The notes under the pieces: generated by a model
Database searches by the model: none
What the model was told of the DNA's origin: nothing
What the model saw: only the letters and a program-made list of their open reading frames with translations
In this document: positions 9,101 to 17,800 of the stretch, in pieces
Layout: each line of letters starts with the position of its first letter
Numbering within the stretch: the first letter of the stretch is position 1
IMG/VR virus record: IMGVR_UViG_3300045988_001753
Span: 32,001 to 96,000 of that record
Strand: one strand, 5' to 3'
DNA from: a virus
DNA: 64,000 nt
Translations under genes and position numbers: made by a program

Positions 9101-10601
9101 TCCTACTATTGCAGATACAGAGTTAAAGATGCAGAAAGTGAAAGACCTGTTAGACCAAATAGAGAATAATGACAAGTTCCCATTGAAGAATGCCAATGTA
9201 ATACTTGATGGTCTGTTATCAGACAATCCTGACACTGACACTCTAAGAGAAAGACTATTGTCAGCTCCTCTCCCTTTCTTACAGGCTTTCTATACTCTTG
9301 GCTTGCAGAAGACAGAAGAAATGTTAGGGTCTTATTTCCCTCAATATACTGAATCATTCAGGACTGTAATTGATGACCTTAGAGACATGACTAAGACTGG
9401 TAAGTTGAATGTAAAGACTATGAATAGTATTTATAATGACTTGCTTGCCTATATCATGTCAAAGAATGGATTCTTTGGTTCTGAATTGATTGTAAACCCT
9501 GACTCAGAAGTAGGTGATATTATTGTAACTTCCTCTGATAAGAGAAAGGATTTCATCAATAACTTCCCTGAATACTTCAAGAGAGTGGTTACAGATAATG
9601 AGGATATAGCTGACCTTGAATTTATTAAGAGGCTCAAGGTAATTAGGGCAAATGACAGTAATCCTGTAGACACAGTAGTGTTTAAGAATGTGGGTCAGTT
9701 AAGTCCTACTTTGAGAGAAAGATATATGAGGGATTGGGCATCTCTATTATATATGAGTAACCCAGAAGCTCAGAAACTTGCTCTTAATCTATTCAGATAT
9801 AGCTATTATAGAAATGGCTTTGCATTTGGACCTTCAACCTTCATCCATTTGGCACCTGTGGCAGTGAGAAATGCTATCCCAGAGTACATAAGTACATTGA
9901 GAACTCTCTTGTCATCAAGTGATGATTATAGTCAATTTGTAGACCAATATGTCTATAACCACTTGGATAACAGAAAGTTGGTTCCTGAAATCCCTGATAC
10001 AGCCTCTGTCCAATTCATAGGAGAGGATAATGAAGTTAAGGATGAAGTTACATTTGTAATTGATGATAATGCTACCTTTGGAGATAAGAAAGTTATCAAG
10101 AAAAGGATAGATACTCCTGATGGTCCTGCTTATGACTTCTTTAGGTATATAGGTAAGAGAATTAGAGGAAACTATGTCTATTACAAACTGACTTCATTAG
10201 GTACTGAACAAACTAATGTTGCAACCTATGAAAGGATTGAACCATTAGGCTTCAGAAACAGCTTTATTGAATATGAATATGGTAAGGATGTGGAAGAGAT
10301 GGAAACTGTAATTGATAAGAACAGGAAAGATTATGACCCTTATGCAGATACATTGTCAAGATTTGACCTTGGAGATGCTGAGGTTGATTATGATTCTATG
10401 CCTGACTATCAAGATATGCCTCAAGAGTATTGGGATTCTATTCCACAAGTAGATACTGATGCTTTCCAACAGGTATATGGTACTCCTCTTGATACTTCTG
10501 CTCCAAAGGCTGATGATGTAACAGCTATTCAACCTAATACAGAGTATAAGGATGAGAATGGTGATAGTATTTGTGGTGCTCCAACATTATATAGTTTATA
10601 A
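3129..10601 (+). CDS. giant virion-type RNA polymerase (crAss-like vRNAP) polyprotein
   Basis: 2490-aa uninterrupted ORF. Residues 1511-1515 (nt 7659-7673) read DFDVD in the context LSGSDFDVDKMY, the DxDxD metal-binding signature of two-barrel RNAPs. Size and neighbourhood match the vRNAP block of crAss-like phages. Confidence 0.8.
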   Translation: MSCLIITPEIRELAKKFPNETEQSILNLVGLWQEKNNKSVEDIPLGSELNDFIKELRSSEATEQLDEALSSSFNTPRITSVEEQQKVDLLFDPRTRRDRVTLIARFFSNEVDNALQEMTDSLKRRIDDASGVEKEELQAELNSLDRFSAIKKYTPAGIFKRVANIFNSYIQDTEEGRIQQELNAINSMRGADKFSDEQKLEAAKKKAAYKNQEYKKIVDDPYVYKALAEEASTLLVMTEGIRIDPNYIAPADANLNDDDPDGNSEVDNEAEDWRQEEAYKDGWMTNFRQVSSHESLSQAVRKVIRQVPKLDYRGKYEKDDLGFTRYLDADYVHATFIDKLRNMINSDDMLPLMQDLQRIKPWVKQVTKLLQGDETLFSQFYQDFRKDFMPYWIQKKKMMPDGTFKMETIAINKPEGVYYLLDAWRDNYENGVQLDDDSVYEKNGEINKDNAAKGLQWTETLNNMFQNLDTESRLQLLEREDVWNTIMKLLHMLGIDANPSVLKTALTDIKTAPGITFTDPIMLLLPQLNVIFSGIKKGEVKSETREDGTEKRGDLINTFGSAYNMIASMMAEVTEDAIESSVRENDKSYYSHVTPNYLGKLIKNLKNVMNDKERFEQFMQTEFKDYEWFFKDGHWRNDWLRQLAESDELRRGLNHKVVLNSDKVDYTNWDDLDYTLALLTEYWGDPDSAKSSIKYAWYHVPILSDSPSAEFIRFRKYTTGDVLDENGKKRTYDDVILDKLVDLVNQEYDRIMLVRERDEAYQSGDKSVEPIANYDIVRKKDGSIKSMGGAEFKFLPALNNLRYDNGEAFIDRLSRLKSKGTGAELRNFLRTTLNDMMEDGFEQTYRDWMRVGLLDELPNGKYKYLPFEGQSKQNAITAKALIKAKDALGSLWNTNMELMLRAYNNNSAFDSREANNLMEQIKNLLTDKATRGEMELKDAQSISRSLFVKNNAKDALREYYWNSKLATSQIIQLTTTDLAFYKNLEDFQKRYKEVHAPALRLNTKATYKGERIGRDWERTIYLKDDEIVSSVLEDIKTVLDERVRRNEMTKIDRDNIISKFRNVNVADAQAYRSLSSYRAILGMSGQWTDDMEQAYNNFKNGDWNIKDFNIIWQTKKPYVYTQVNNNSGIEGHTGIKTPVQHKNSEFLLLAMHELIAGPLGRSGKLKAINKFMEDNQIDVVQFESTTKVGKQGVIDLNDVNTEADVIQRLKDTTGIGFGNENPNVVHKVSYEDYGIQTATPEHAIDAVQLVGTQIRKLITADISDDTIIEVNGKKMTKKEWLDLYNAINTENILQAFADVDKIFKDPKKVEEILLEEIRGNQRYGMDMMRACTLDENNNFNIPLFDPVQSQRVQTLLNSVIKSRITKQKIRGGALIQVSDYGLTDQLSIVFKDKNGNPLNYELYKKKYPNATRESYEEFVKNAQKEGKLSIMYLECYMPAYSREFYEPLMDPNTHQLDVTKLPEDLRKLIGYRVPTEDKYSMAPLYIKGFLPQQNGSAIMLPAEITTLSGSDFDVDKMYIMLPEFRILDRYRIKDAWDDFYTDPANADIVEEIDRNIGIAFEDYQRKHPEDELDIDDYIEFVQDQGVRKYQFSETARDRFKEWFKSRKKQYSLGKGKIVKVKYDFNKSPQENSLEARNNLLIDMMYGVLTNADTASKILNPGGFDYQKKSARIMTILNDSYESDLVKALNEGGVKFNKTIKRAGKEIKAPISSYLFDLPLELSNEEREERKKKGEPFISLTELAEKTKVKMDPLSPRTQVMLHQQNMTGAKLIGIYANHNANHALMQHTQLALDEENGSFVLNGKRLTSLHDIMNGDKEFISKNNAGFLAASVDNVKDPVLAALNQNTFTADASMLLSRLGYNPIEIGLLMMQPIVQEITQTYFRESREGKGKDTIIDEVLDKYKEKAALNNDLTYDNYKNNSFYIEELADNIMLAKEAVTDRSQTSDFRKIEFYQKQVAVGYLFKRIMNSADALGQLVQATRSDTQGGAAGPTIADTELKMQKVKDLLDQIENNDKFPLKNANVILDGLLSDNPDTDTLRERLLSAPLPFLQAFYTLGLQKTEEMLGSYFPQYTESFRTVIDDLRDMTKTGKLNVKTMNSIYNDLLAYIMSKNGFFGSELIVNPDSEVGDIIVTSSDKRKDFINNFPEYFKRVVTDNEDIADLEFIKRLKVIRANDSNPVDTVVFKNVGQLSPTLRERYMRDWASLLYMSNPEAQKLALNLFRYSYYRNGFAFGPSTFIHLAPVAVRNAIPEYISTLRTLLSSSDDYSQFVDQYVYNHLDNRKLVPEIPDTASVQFIGEDNEVKDEVTFVIDDNATFGDKKVIKKRIDTPDGPAYDFFRYIGKRIRGNYVYYKLTSLGTEQTNVATYERIEPLGFRNSFIEYEYGKDVEEMETVIDKNRKDYDPYADTLSRFDLGDAEVDYDSMPDYQDMPQEYWDSIPQVDTDAFQQVYGTPLDTSAPKADDVTAIQPNTEYKDENGDSICGAPTLYSL

Positions 10602-10604
10602 GAT

Positions 10605-13600
10605 ATGGCAAGAAGTTGTGCAATTATTCCAAAGGTAAAGAATAGAAATGGTCAAGTAGTGGACAGCAAGTTATTTAAGGACTTGCTGTCCTTCACTTCA
10701 AACAATAGAAGTGAGGCTACAAGACTATATCTTATCACAAAAGCTGACTCTTTTATAAGAGATTGGAATCCAAGGCTAACATTAGATGAAAACAATGAAC
10801 CTACATTGAGAAGTTTGCTAAAGCAGACTAATCTCAGTAAAGTCATTCCAGAAACTAAAGTACTTGAGAGACTTAATAGGGAGATTGGGTACTATAAGAA
10901 AGGAATGGACAGACCAGCCCTATGGGTAAACAATGATGAGAATTATCAAAAGTTGAAACAAAGGGCTATAGCCTTTAATCAGAACTCAGAGTATAGGGAT
11001 GATTATGTGGCTAATATAGTTAAGATTCAAGACAGTGAATCTCCAAGAGTATTCATTGGAGTAAAGGTTGAGAAAAGAAACAGGTTTAACTCTATTAATG
11101 CAGATAAGATGGAATACAATGAAAACCTTAATAACAGGTTGAGGGGTATTCTTGAGTCTCATGGAATAGGGATAGGTGCTTTGACTGACCTTGAAAAGAG
11201 AATGGGTGTTCATGGTGTGACTGATTTTGATGTTGCAAGAAATGCAGCAAATGGTCTTGTTGAAATGATTAGGCTTGCTGATGGTATTCAAGGTGAAAGA
11301 GCACTTCCTGAGGAATTTGCACACTTTGCCATTGAAGCTATGGGAGATAATCCACTTATCACAAGACTTATCAATAATATATCTTCCAATGGACTGGCAA
11401 GAGAAATTATAGGTGAGGACTATGATACCTATGATACTCTATATCATAGTGATGAGATTAAGTTGGCAAAAGAAGCTGCGGGTAAATTACTTGCAAAGCA
11501 TCTTCTTCAAGGTGAGAATATCCCATCTGCTCCTTATAAGAATCTACTGCAAAGAGTAATCCAAGCAGTTAAGAATTTCTTTAAGAATATTAGTGCAAGT
11601 CCTATACAAAGAGCCATGAAGGAGGCTGACAAGAACTTTGGTTCTTTAGCGCAGCAAATACTTAATGGCAGCATGGATGAGGCTATTGATGTTAGCAATA
11701 TAGCTTCAAATGGGGTATTTTACAGTACCTCAGAGAGAGTGGCAAGAGATAAGAAGTTACTTCAAGGAATCATTGAGAATGAGTTGAAGAGATTGAAGAT
11801 TTATGAAAAGAGAAATCCTAATAGCCAGTTTAGTGCTAATCAAAGGTTACTAATTGATAGATTGGATATTGAATTAGCTGATAACAATGAGATTGAAGGT
11901 ATTTATACTTTTGTTGAGAATGCTCTTGAAGAATTAACCAAGGTAAGTGACAGGCTTACTATGCTACAAAATACTCCTGCTACTAATGTTAATGAGAGAG
12001 CCAGAGTACTAAGAGATGTCAGAAACTACTTGTATAGTTACAAGCATATTACTGATGATATTAGGAAGGCTCTTATTGATGAAGAGAAGTATGCAGACAA
12101 TAGATATGGTCAGAGAGTAAGGGTAGTATTGGACAATACAACTACATTACTTGGAGACTTGTTTGTTAGATACAACAATGTGGCAATGCCTCTCTTTGTT
12201 GATTTCATTAAACCTTTTGTAGGAGAGAGTATAACTGTTCCTTTTGGCAAGTTCAAAGGCAAGACTATGACTGCTGAAGACTTGGTTAAGATAGCTGACA
12301 AGGACATATCTTTCTTTGACAGATGGCTTGACTCTATGGCAGACTCTTCAGATTATATGCTGAAAGTTATGGACCAAGCTGTCAAGAAGAGTAAAGAAAA
12401 TGCAAGGTTGGAGACTATCAATGTTATGAAGGAGCTTCAAGCTGCTACCATTAAGTTAGAGCAAGCTGGAGTTAAGAGCACTGATTGGATGTTTGAAAGA
12501 GACAGTAAAGGCAATCTTACAGGTAATTATATCTCTGAGATTAATCAAGGTCTATTCAAAGAGAAAGTCAGGGAAATGTTCAAGTCTCTTAATGAGAAGT
12601 ATGGTAAGAATCCTGTAGGAGATAATGCAGAGAAGTACAGAAAGGAGAGACAAGCTTGGTTTGATGCTAATATGGAGGTAGTCAATGGAAAGAAGCAACC
12701 TAAAGTATCAATCTATGGCAATAAGGCTTATCAGAACTTGAATCCTGCCCAGAAAGAATACTACAACAAGATTATGGAGATAAAAGCCAAGCTGGATTCA
12801 TACCTTCCTGACAAGTACACTACCTTAACTAATGCAGTTAAAATCAGAAAGAACCTACTTGAAAGAGTAAAGGCATCTGATGGTGTAAAGTCAGGTAGTA
12901 CACAAGTATGGGAAGCTGTTAAAGACCAATTCATTAGAAGAACAGATGACACTGAGTTTGGAGATAGGGCTACAGTAAAGGACTTTGAAGGTAAAGAGGT
13001 GCAAGTACTTCCTATCTACTATACTAAGATGAAAGAGGGTGAAAGCCCTAATGACCTATCTACTGATATAGTATCTACTCTCACAGCTTATGCAGCTATG
13101 GCTAATGACTTCAATGAAATGAATAAAGTAATTGATGTTCTTGAGCTTGGTAGGGATATGCTAAAGGAGAGGGAGATTATACAGACAAGAGGTGGTAAAC
13201 CACTGGTTGAGAAGTTTAAGTCTGTAGGTAGGAGAGTAGAATCTACTCTCACTAAGTCTGGTGATGAAACAAGATTTATGCAGAGACTAAATGACTTCTT
13301 TGAGATGCAGGTCTATGGTAGATACATGGCTGATGAAGGCACATTTGGTAATACTAAAATTGATAAAGGAAAGGTGGCTAACTTTGTTAATAGGATGACT
13401 TCTCTTAATACATTAGCTGTCAATGTACTATCAGGTATTTCCAATGTGGCTACTGGTGGAGTTATGATGAGGATTGAATCTTTCTCTGGAGAGTTCTTTA
13501 ATGAATCTAATACTCTAAGAGCTGACAGGAACTATGGTCAAGCCCTACCTGAATTTCTTGCAGAGATTGGTAATAGAGTCAAGACAAGTAAACTTGCTTT

Positions 13601-14660
13601 GTGGGATGAATTATTCAATGTAATGCAGGAATATGAGACTGATGTTAAGGAAGTAAATTTTGACAGAAAGACTTGGTTCAGTAGAATGTTTGGTACCTCT
13701 GCTTTATTCCTTATGAATAATGCTGGTGAACATTGGATGCAGAATAGAACCTCATTAGCACTTGCAGATGCTTATAAAATGAAAGCTCCTGATGGTAAAA
13801 TAGTGTCTCTATGGGATGCTATGGAAGTGGTTCCTATTGATAAGAATAACAAGAAATTAGGTGCTAAGTTACAGTTAAAGCAAGGTTATACTAAGGAAGA
13901 TGGGTCTGCATTTACAAGAGATGATATTATAGCATTCAGTAGGAAATCTGCTGCTATAAATCAGAGAATGCACGGTATTTACAATAAGGCTGACAGAAGT
14001 GCAGTACAAAGGTTAGCTGTGGGTAGAATGGGTGTCATGTTTAGAAAGTGGATTAAGCCATCTTTGAACAGAAGATTCAAGTCTGCCACATATAACTATG
14101 ACTTGCAAGCATGGACAGAAGGTTACTATAATACCACAGGTAGGTTCTTGATGCAGCTTGCTAAGGAATTGAAAGAAGGTCAGTTTACATTAGCTGCAAA
14201 TTGGAACCAACTTTCCAAGACTGAGAAAGCAAATATCAAGAGAGCTGCAACTGAAGTAGGACACTTCTTAGCAGTAGCACTTGTACTTGGTCTTATGGAC
14301 TGGTCAGATGACAAGGATAGACCTTGGTTGGCTAAGATGGCAGAATATCAGGCAAGAAGATTATACACTGAATTAGGTTCATTGATTCCTGGACCTCAGA
14401 TGGTTGGAGAAGGATTGAAGATTATAAAGTCTCCTGCTGCTGGCATTAATACTCTTGAAAATACTCTTGATTTAATTGGACTTATGAATCCATTTAATTA
14501 TGAAGTATTTGCTGGAGAAGATGCTTTGATACAATCAGGCAGATATAAAGGAGAGTCTAAGGCAACAAGACTATTCTTTGAATCTCCACTTATTCCAATG
14601 AACAAAACTATTTATAGAGGTTTGCATCCTGAGGAAGGTATTCCATTCTTTAAGCAATAA
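10605..14660 (+). CDS. large vRNAP-block protein (likely virion/ejected protein), function unknown
   Basis: 1351-aa ORF starting 3 nt after the vRNAP stop. Has a hydrophobic segment near the C-terminus (HFLAVALVLGLMDW). No catalytic motif recognised. Confidence 0.5.
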   Translation: MARSCAIIPKVKNRNGQVVDSKLFKDLLSFTSNNRSEATRLYLITKADSFIRDWNPRLTLDENNEPTLRSLLKQTNLSKVIPETKVLERLNREIGYYKKGMDRPALWVNNDENYQKLKQRAIAFNQNSEYRDDYVANIVKIQDSESPRVFIGVKVEKRNRFNSINADKMEYNENLNNRLRGILESHGIGIGALTDLEKRMGVHGVTDFDVARNAANGLVEMIRLADGIQGERALPEEFAHFAIEAMGDNPLITRLINNISSNGLAREIIGEDYDTYDTLYHSDEIKLAKEAAGKLLAKHLLQGENIPSAPYKNLLQRVIQAVKNFFKNISASPIQRAMKEADKNFGSLAQQILNGSMDEAIDVSNIASNGVFYSTSERVARDKKLLQGIIENELKRLKIYEKRNPNSQFSANQRLLIDRLDIELADNNEIEGIYTFVENALEELTKVSDRLTMLQNTPATNVNERARVLRDVRNYLYSYKHITDDIRKALIDEEKYADNRYGQRVRVVLDNTTTLLGDLFVRYNNVAMPLFVDFIKPFVGESITVPFGKFKGKTMTAEDLVKIADKDISFFDRWLDSMADSSDYMLKVMDQAVKKSKENARLETINVMKELQAATIKLEQAGVKSTDWMFERDSKGNLTGNYISEINQGLFKEKVREMFKSLNEKYGKNPVGDNAEKYRKERQAWFDANMEVVNGKKQPKVSIYGNKAYQNLNPAQKEYYNKIMEIKAKLDSYLPDKYTTLTNAVKIRKNLLERVKASDGVKSGSTQVWEAVKDQFIRRTDDTEFGDRATVKDFEGKEVQVLPIYYTKMKEGESPNDLSTDIVSTLTAYAAMANDFNEMNKVIDVLELGRDMLKEREIIQTRGGKPLVEKFKSVGRRVESTLTKSGDETRFMQRLNDFFEMQVYGRYMADEGTFGNTKIDKGKVANFVNRMTSLNTLAVNVLSGISNVATGGVMMRIESFSGEFFNESNTLRADRNYGQALPEFLAEIGNRVKTSKLALWDELFNVMQEYETDVKEVNFDRKTWFSRMFGTSALFLMNNAGEHWMQNRTSLALADAYKMKAPDGKIVSLWDAMEVVPIDKNNKKLGAKLQLKQGYTKEDGSAFTRDDIIAFSRKSAAINQRMHGIYNKADRSAVQRLAVGRMGVMFRKWIKPSLNRRFKSATYNYDLQAWTEGYYNTTGRFLMQLAKELKEGQFTLAANWNQLSKTEKANIKRAATEVGHFLAVALVLGLMDWSDDKDRPWLAKMAEYQARRLYTELGSLIPGPQMVGEGLKIIKSPAAGINTLENTLDLIGLMNPFNYEVFAGEDALIQSGRYKGESKATRLFFESPLIPMNKTIYRGLHPEEGIPFFKQ

Positions 14661-14668
14661 TAGCAAAT

Positions 14669-14716
14669 AGGGAGAGTGAGTAAATTAAGTTTTACTCCTC
14701 TCCCTATTTTTTTTTT
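14669..14716 (+). terminator. rho-independent terminator of the + strand RNAP block
   Basis: Stem AGGGAGAGTGAGTAAA / TTTACTCCTCTCCCT followed by a T10 run (14707-14716). Confidence 0.8.
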
Positions 14717-14725
14717 ACATAAATG

Positions 14726-14782
14726 AAAGGGTCAAAAATACCCCTATACTAATTACAGCATAGGGTTATTCTTGACCCCTTT
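14726..14782 (-). terminator. nested hairpin downstream of the 2353-aa gene (candidate terminator)
   Basis: Outer stem AAAGGGTCAA / TTGACCCCTTT and inner stem CCCTAT / ATAGGG. On the minus strand it is followed only by a weak CATTTAT tract, so efficiency is uncertain. Confidence 0.45.
14729..14755 (+). repeat. 27-nt repeat copy 1 (GGGTCAAAAATACCCCTATACTAATTA)
   Basis: 25/27 identical to the reverse complement of 62713-62739. Confidence 0.85.
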
Positions 14783-14804
14783 ATAAAAAATTTCATCCTG
14801 CTGA

Positions 14805-17800
14805 TTAAAAGGCTATACACTTAACAGCTTGGTCTCTCTCCTTTTGAGAGATTGAATCAAACTTCTCTGCTGTCCAACCTTTCTTCAATAAATTCTCCTG
14901 CATAGAATCACTTAAAGTATTAAATGATGTAGTAGTTGAAGTAGTACCTCTCAATTCACTGATAGTAGGAACTTTGAATGTACTATCTGCATACTTACCC
15001 TCATTAATTCTTCTATAGTAATCTATTAGGGAAGGTCTAAAGTTATTCCAGTTAGTAACCTTAGCAAAGAGTTCCTTGAAGAAATCAAGTATTCTCTTAC
15101 CTAAGCCCCTATTCTGTCTTGTCATTACATACTCTCTGAAACCCTCTGCCATATCTTCCTCAAGAGAGAGATTATCTTTCTCACCATATAACTTTCTTGC
15201 TTCATCATATAATGCCTGTCTCTCATTATTGTCAAGAAGGAGATTAAATACAGCATGGAATGCTTCATGGTATGCAGTACCTTCAGCAGCTATGTCAGAC
15301 AATGTGATTACACCTTTATCAAATTGACCCCAAGCTAAGGCACCTTGTCTGCCTACTTTAATAAGACCTTTTACTACTTGTACTTTATCATTCTCACTTA
15401 ATTGAGGTAGCACTCTACTAATCCAATTAAGTTCCTTTTCCTGATTCCATACTGTAGCTTCTGTGTCATTTACTCTTCTTAGGGTAAATTCATCCTCAAA
15501 CTCTTCATCATGGTCATTTATTGCCTGTTCCTTTTGAGCAGTATAGGCAGCACCTGTCTGGGTATTACCTTGATTAATAGTTGCAGGAGTTTCCACAGTA
15601 GTGATAGGAGTAGCACTTACAGTAGGTACTGCATCAGGGTCAAACAATATAGTCTTTTCTGATGCTAAGTCTTTCATTCTTTGAGGATTACCTAATAAAG
15701 CCTTTCTCATGGAATCCTCAACTTGAGATTCACTCATACCTCCTTGTACAGGGTTATTCTTTATAAGTAAGAATGTTTTACCATTAGGGAATACTGCATA
15801 GTAATTATTTGAAGCTACATGAGATTCTTCTCCCTGTCTGCCAAATCCCTTGGTTATATTAGGAACCTTGGTTATATGGACATCTACTTCTGTAATACCT
15901 GCAATAGGAGTTAAATACCCTTTATGTAATTTACCATCCAACTCAAAGTAACCTACTCCCTCATCAGCATTATTCATACTGTGTTCAGGTGTCAAATCTT
16001 CAATAGGGTTCTGTGTCTCTAATGAAGTCTCAAAGATAGGTAATACTGTCTGAGCTTGTGCTGGAGTAGCAGGAGTTCCTGTAGATTTATCTACTTTAAC
16101 TGCACTTGCTAAAGGCACATTAACAGCAGGATTGTATGCAATAGGAATACCCTTTTCACTTTGTACTGCTGATACATTCTCCTTATCATAACTCAATACA
16201 AATGGCATTACAGCTAACTTAGTAACTGGTACACCATACTGAGATTCAAATAAGTTCTTGTAAGCAGAAAGTTGTAAAGTATAGTAATCCTTCGCACTCA
16301 TTCTCTGAGTAGCAGATGGAGTAGTAAAGTAATTAACCTTATGACCATATCTGTCTGTAAAGTCATAGAAGCTGTATCTACTTGTCTTTACATCATAGAT
16401 TCTAAAGTTACCATCCTTATCAACAGAGAGAATATCAACCTCACCTGCAACTCTTGTACCATCAGGATATTTCTGGAACAATACAATATTGTCAGCAAGG
16501 AATCTTTCTCCCATTTGTTCCATGTTTGACTTAACTCTATTAAGAGTGGTAATTAAATCTATGAAAGCACTCTCTGACATATTAGATGGTCTTGCTATCT
16601 TAGATACATCTCTTATAGTAAAGTACTGTCTAATAATACTATCTATTGCTGAGCCAGCATCAAGTGCTCTTTGTGAATTAGTACCAGACATCTTATCTCT
16701 TACTATATTCACAATAGTATCTCTACTCTTAGCATCAGTCTTTCCTTGATAACCATCAAGATTAATCTTATACTTGTTTTCAAGGAACTTCAAGTAATTG
16801 TCAAATTGAGTAGGAGTATCAACTAACTGTGATAGCTTGGTTCTTACTTGTGTTAGAGCCTCTGTTTGCTTAGGAGATTCTACCCAATTAGAACCTAATC
16901 TACTATGCACTCTACTATATTGGTGGTATTCACCATCATCTTCAAGTACATAGTAAAACTCACCATCAGTTCTTGTCTTGTCTATTCTCTTTTGGTTCTC
17001 ATATATTTCACTGATAACCTCCTTAGACTTGGCAACTCTATCTTCTCTTTCTTTCTTCCTACCTGCAATAGTATCCTTAACATCTTGTGCCTCTTGACCA
17101 CTGAGATATGTCTGCTTGCTTCTATCAAGTACTTTACCATCAGGAGTAAGAACCTTGTTATCTACCATCATTGAAGAGTTAGTAGAATCCCCGAAGTTAT
17201 CTTGTGCCCAAGCTAAATCAAACAATATTCTGTTACTGTCAGTAACTTCTACAGTCCTACCTTGGTCATCTCTGATAGTGTTTGTCTTTAAGTCTACATA
17301 GTATGGCTTATTTGAGAATATAGATACTATTCTTGTGCCTGCAATAGCACCCTCAGTACCACCTACAGGAGTTTCTACTTTCCTCTTAGGTTGAGGAGCT
17401 ACAGAAGCTGGACTTATAGCCTGATGTAAGTTACCTTCATTATCAAAGTAATCAGTTGTAAACCAATTACCTCTTACTGAAGCCTCAGTAATATTTGAAG
17501 TAAGGATATTAGAGTTTATCAACCTATTGTTGTATGCACCTTCATTTATTCTCCTTGTGCTGACCTGCAAAGGAAGATTAAACTTAATAAGGTGTCCAAG
17601 TATTTCATTGTATATATCCTCAGGATTCTTAGGAGTACCTAATGCACTTGTATCTCCTAAATCTTCAAGAGCAGTTACATCAAAGTTTATACCCCCAATC
17701 TCTGCACTCTTACTACTTGTAGAGAAATATACATCATACTTATCCTCCTTGATTTGCTCCTTTCCATTAATGATTACCTTCTCATAAGTACCATCTGGCT

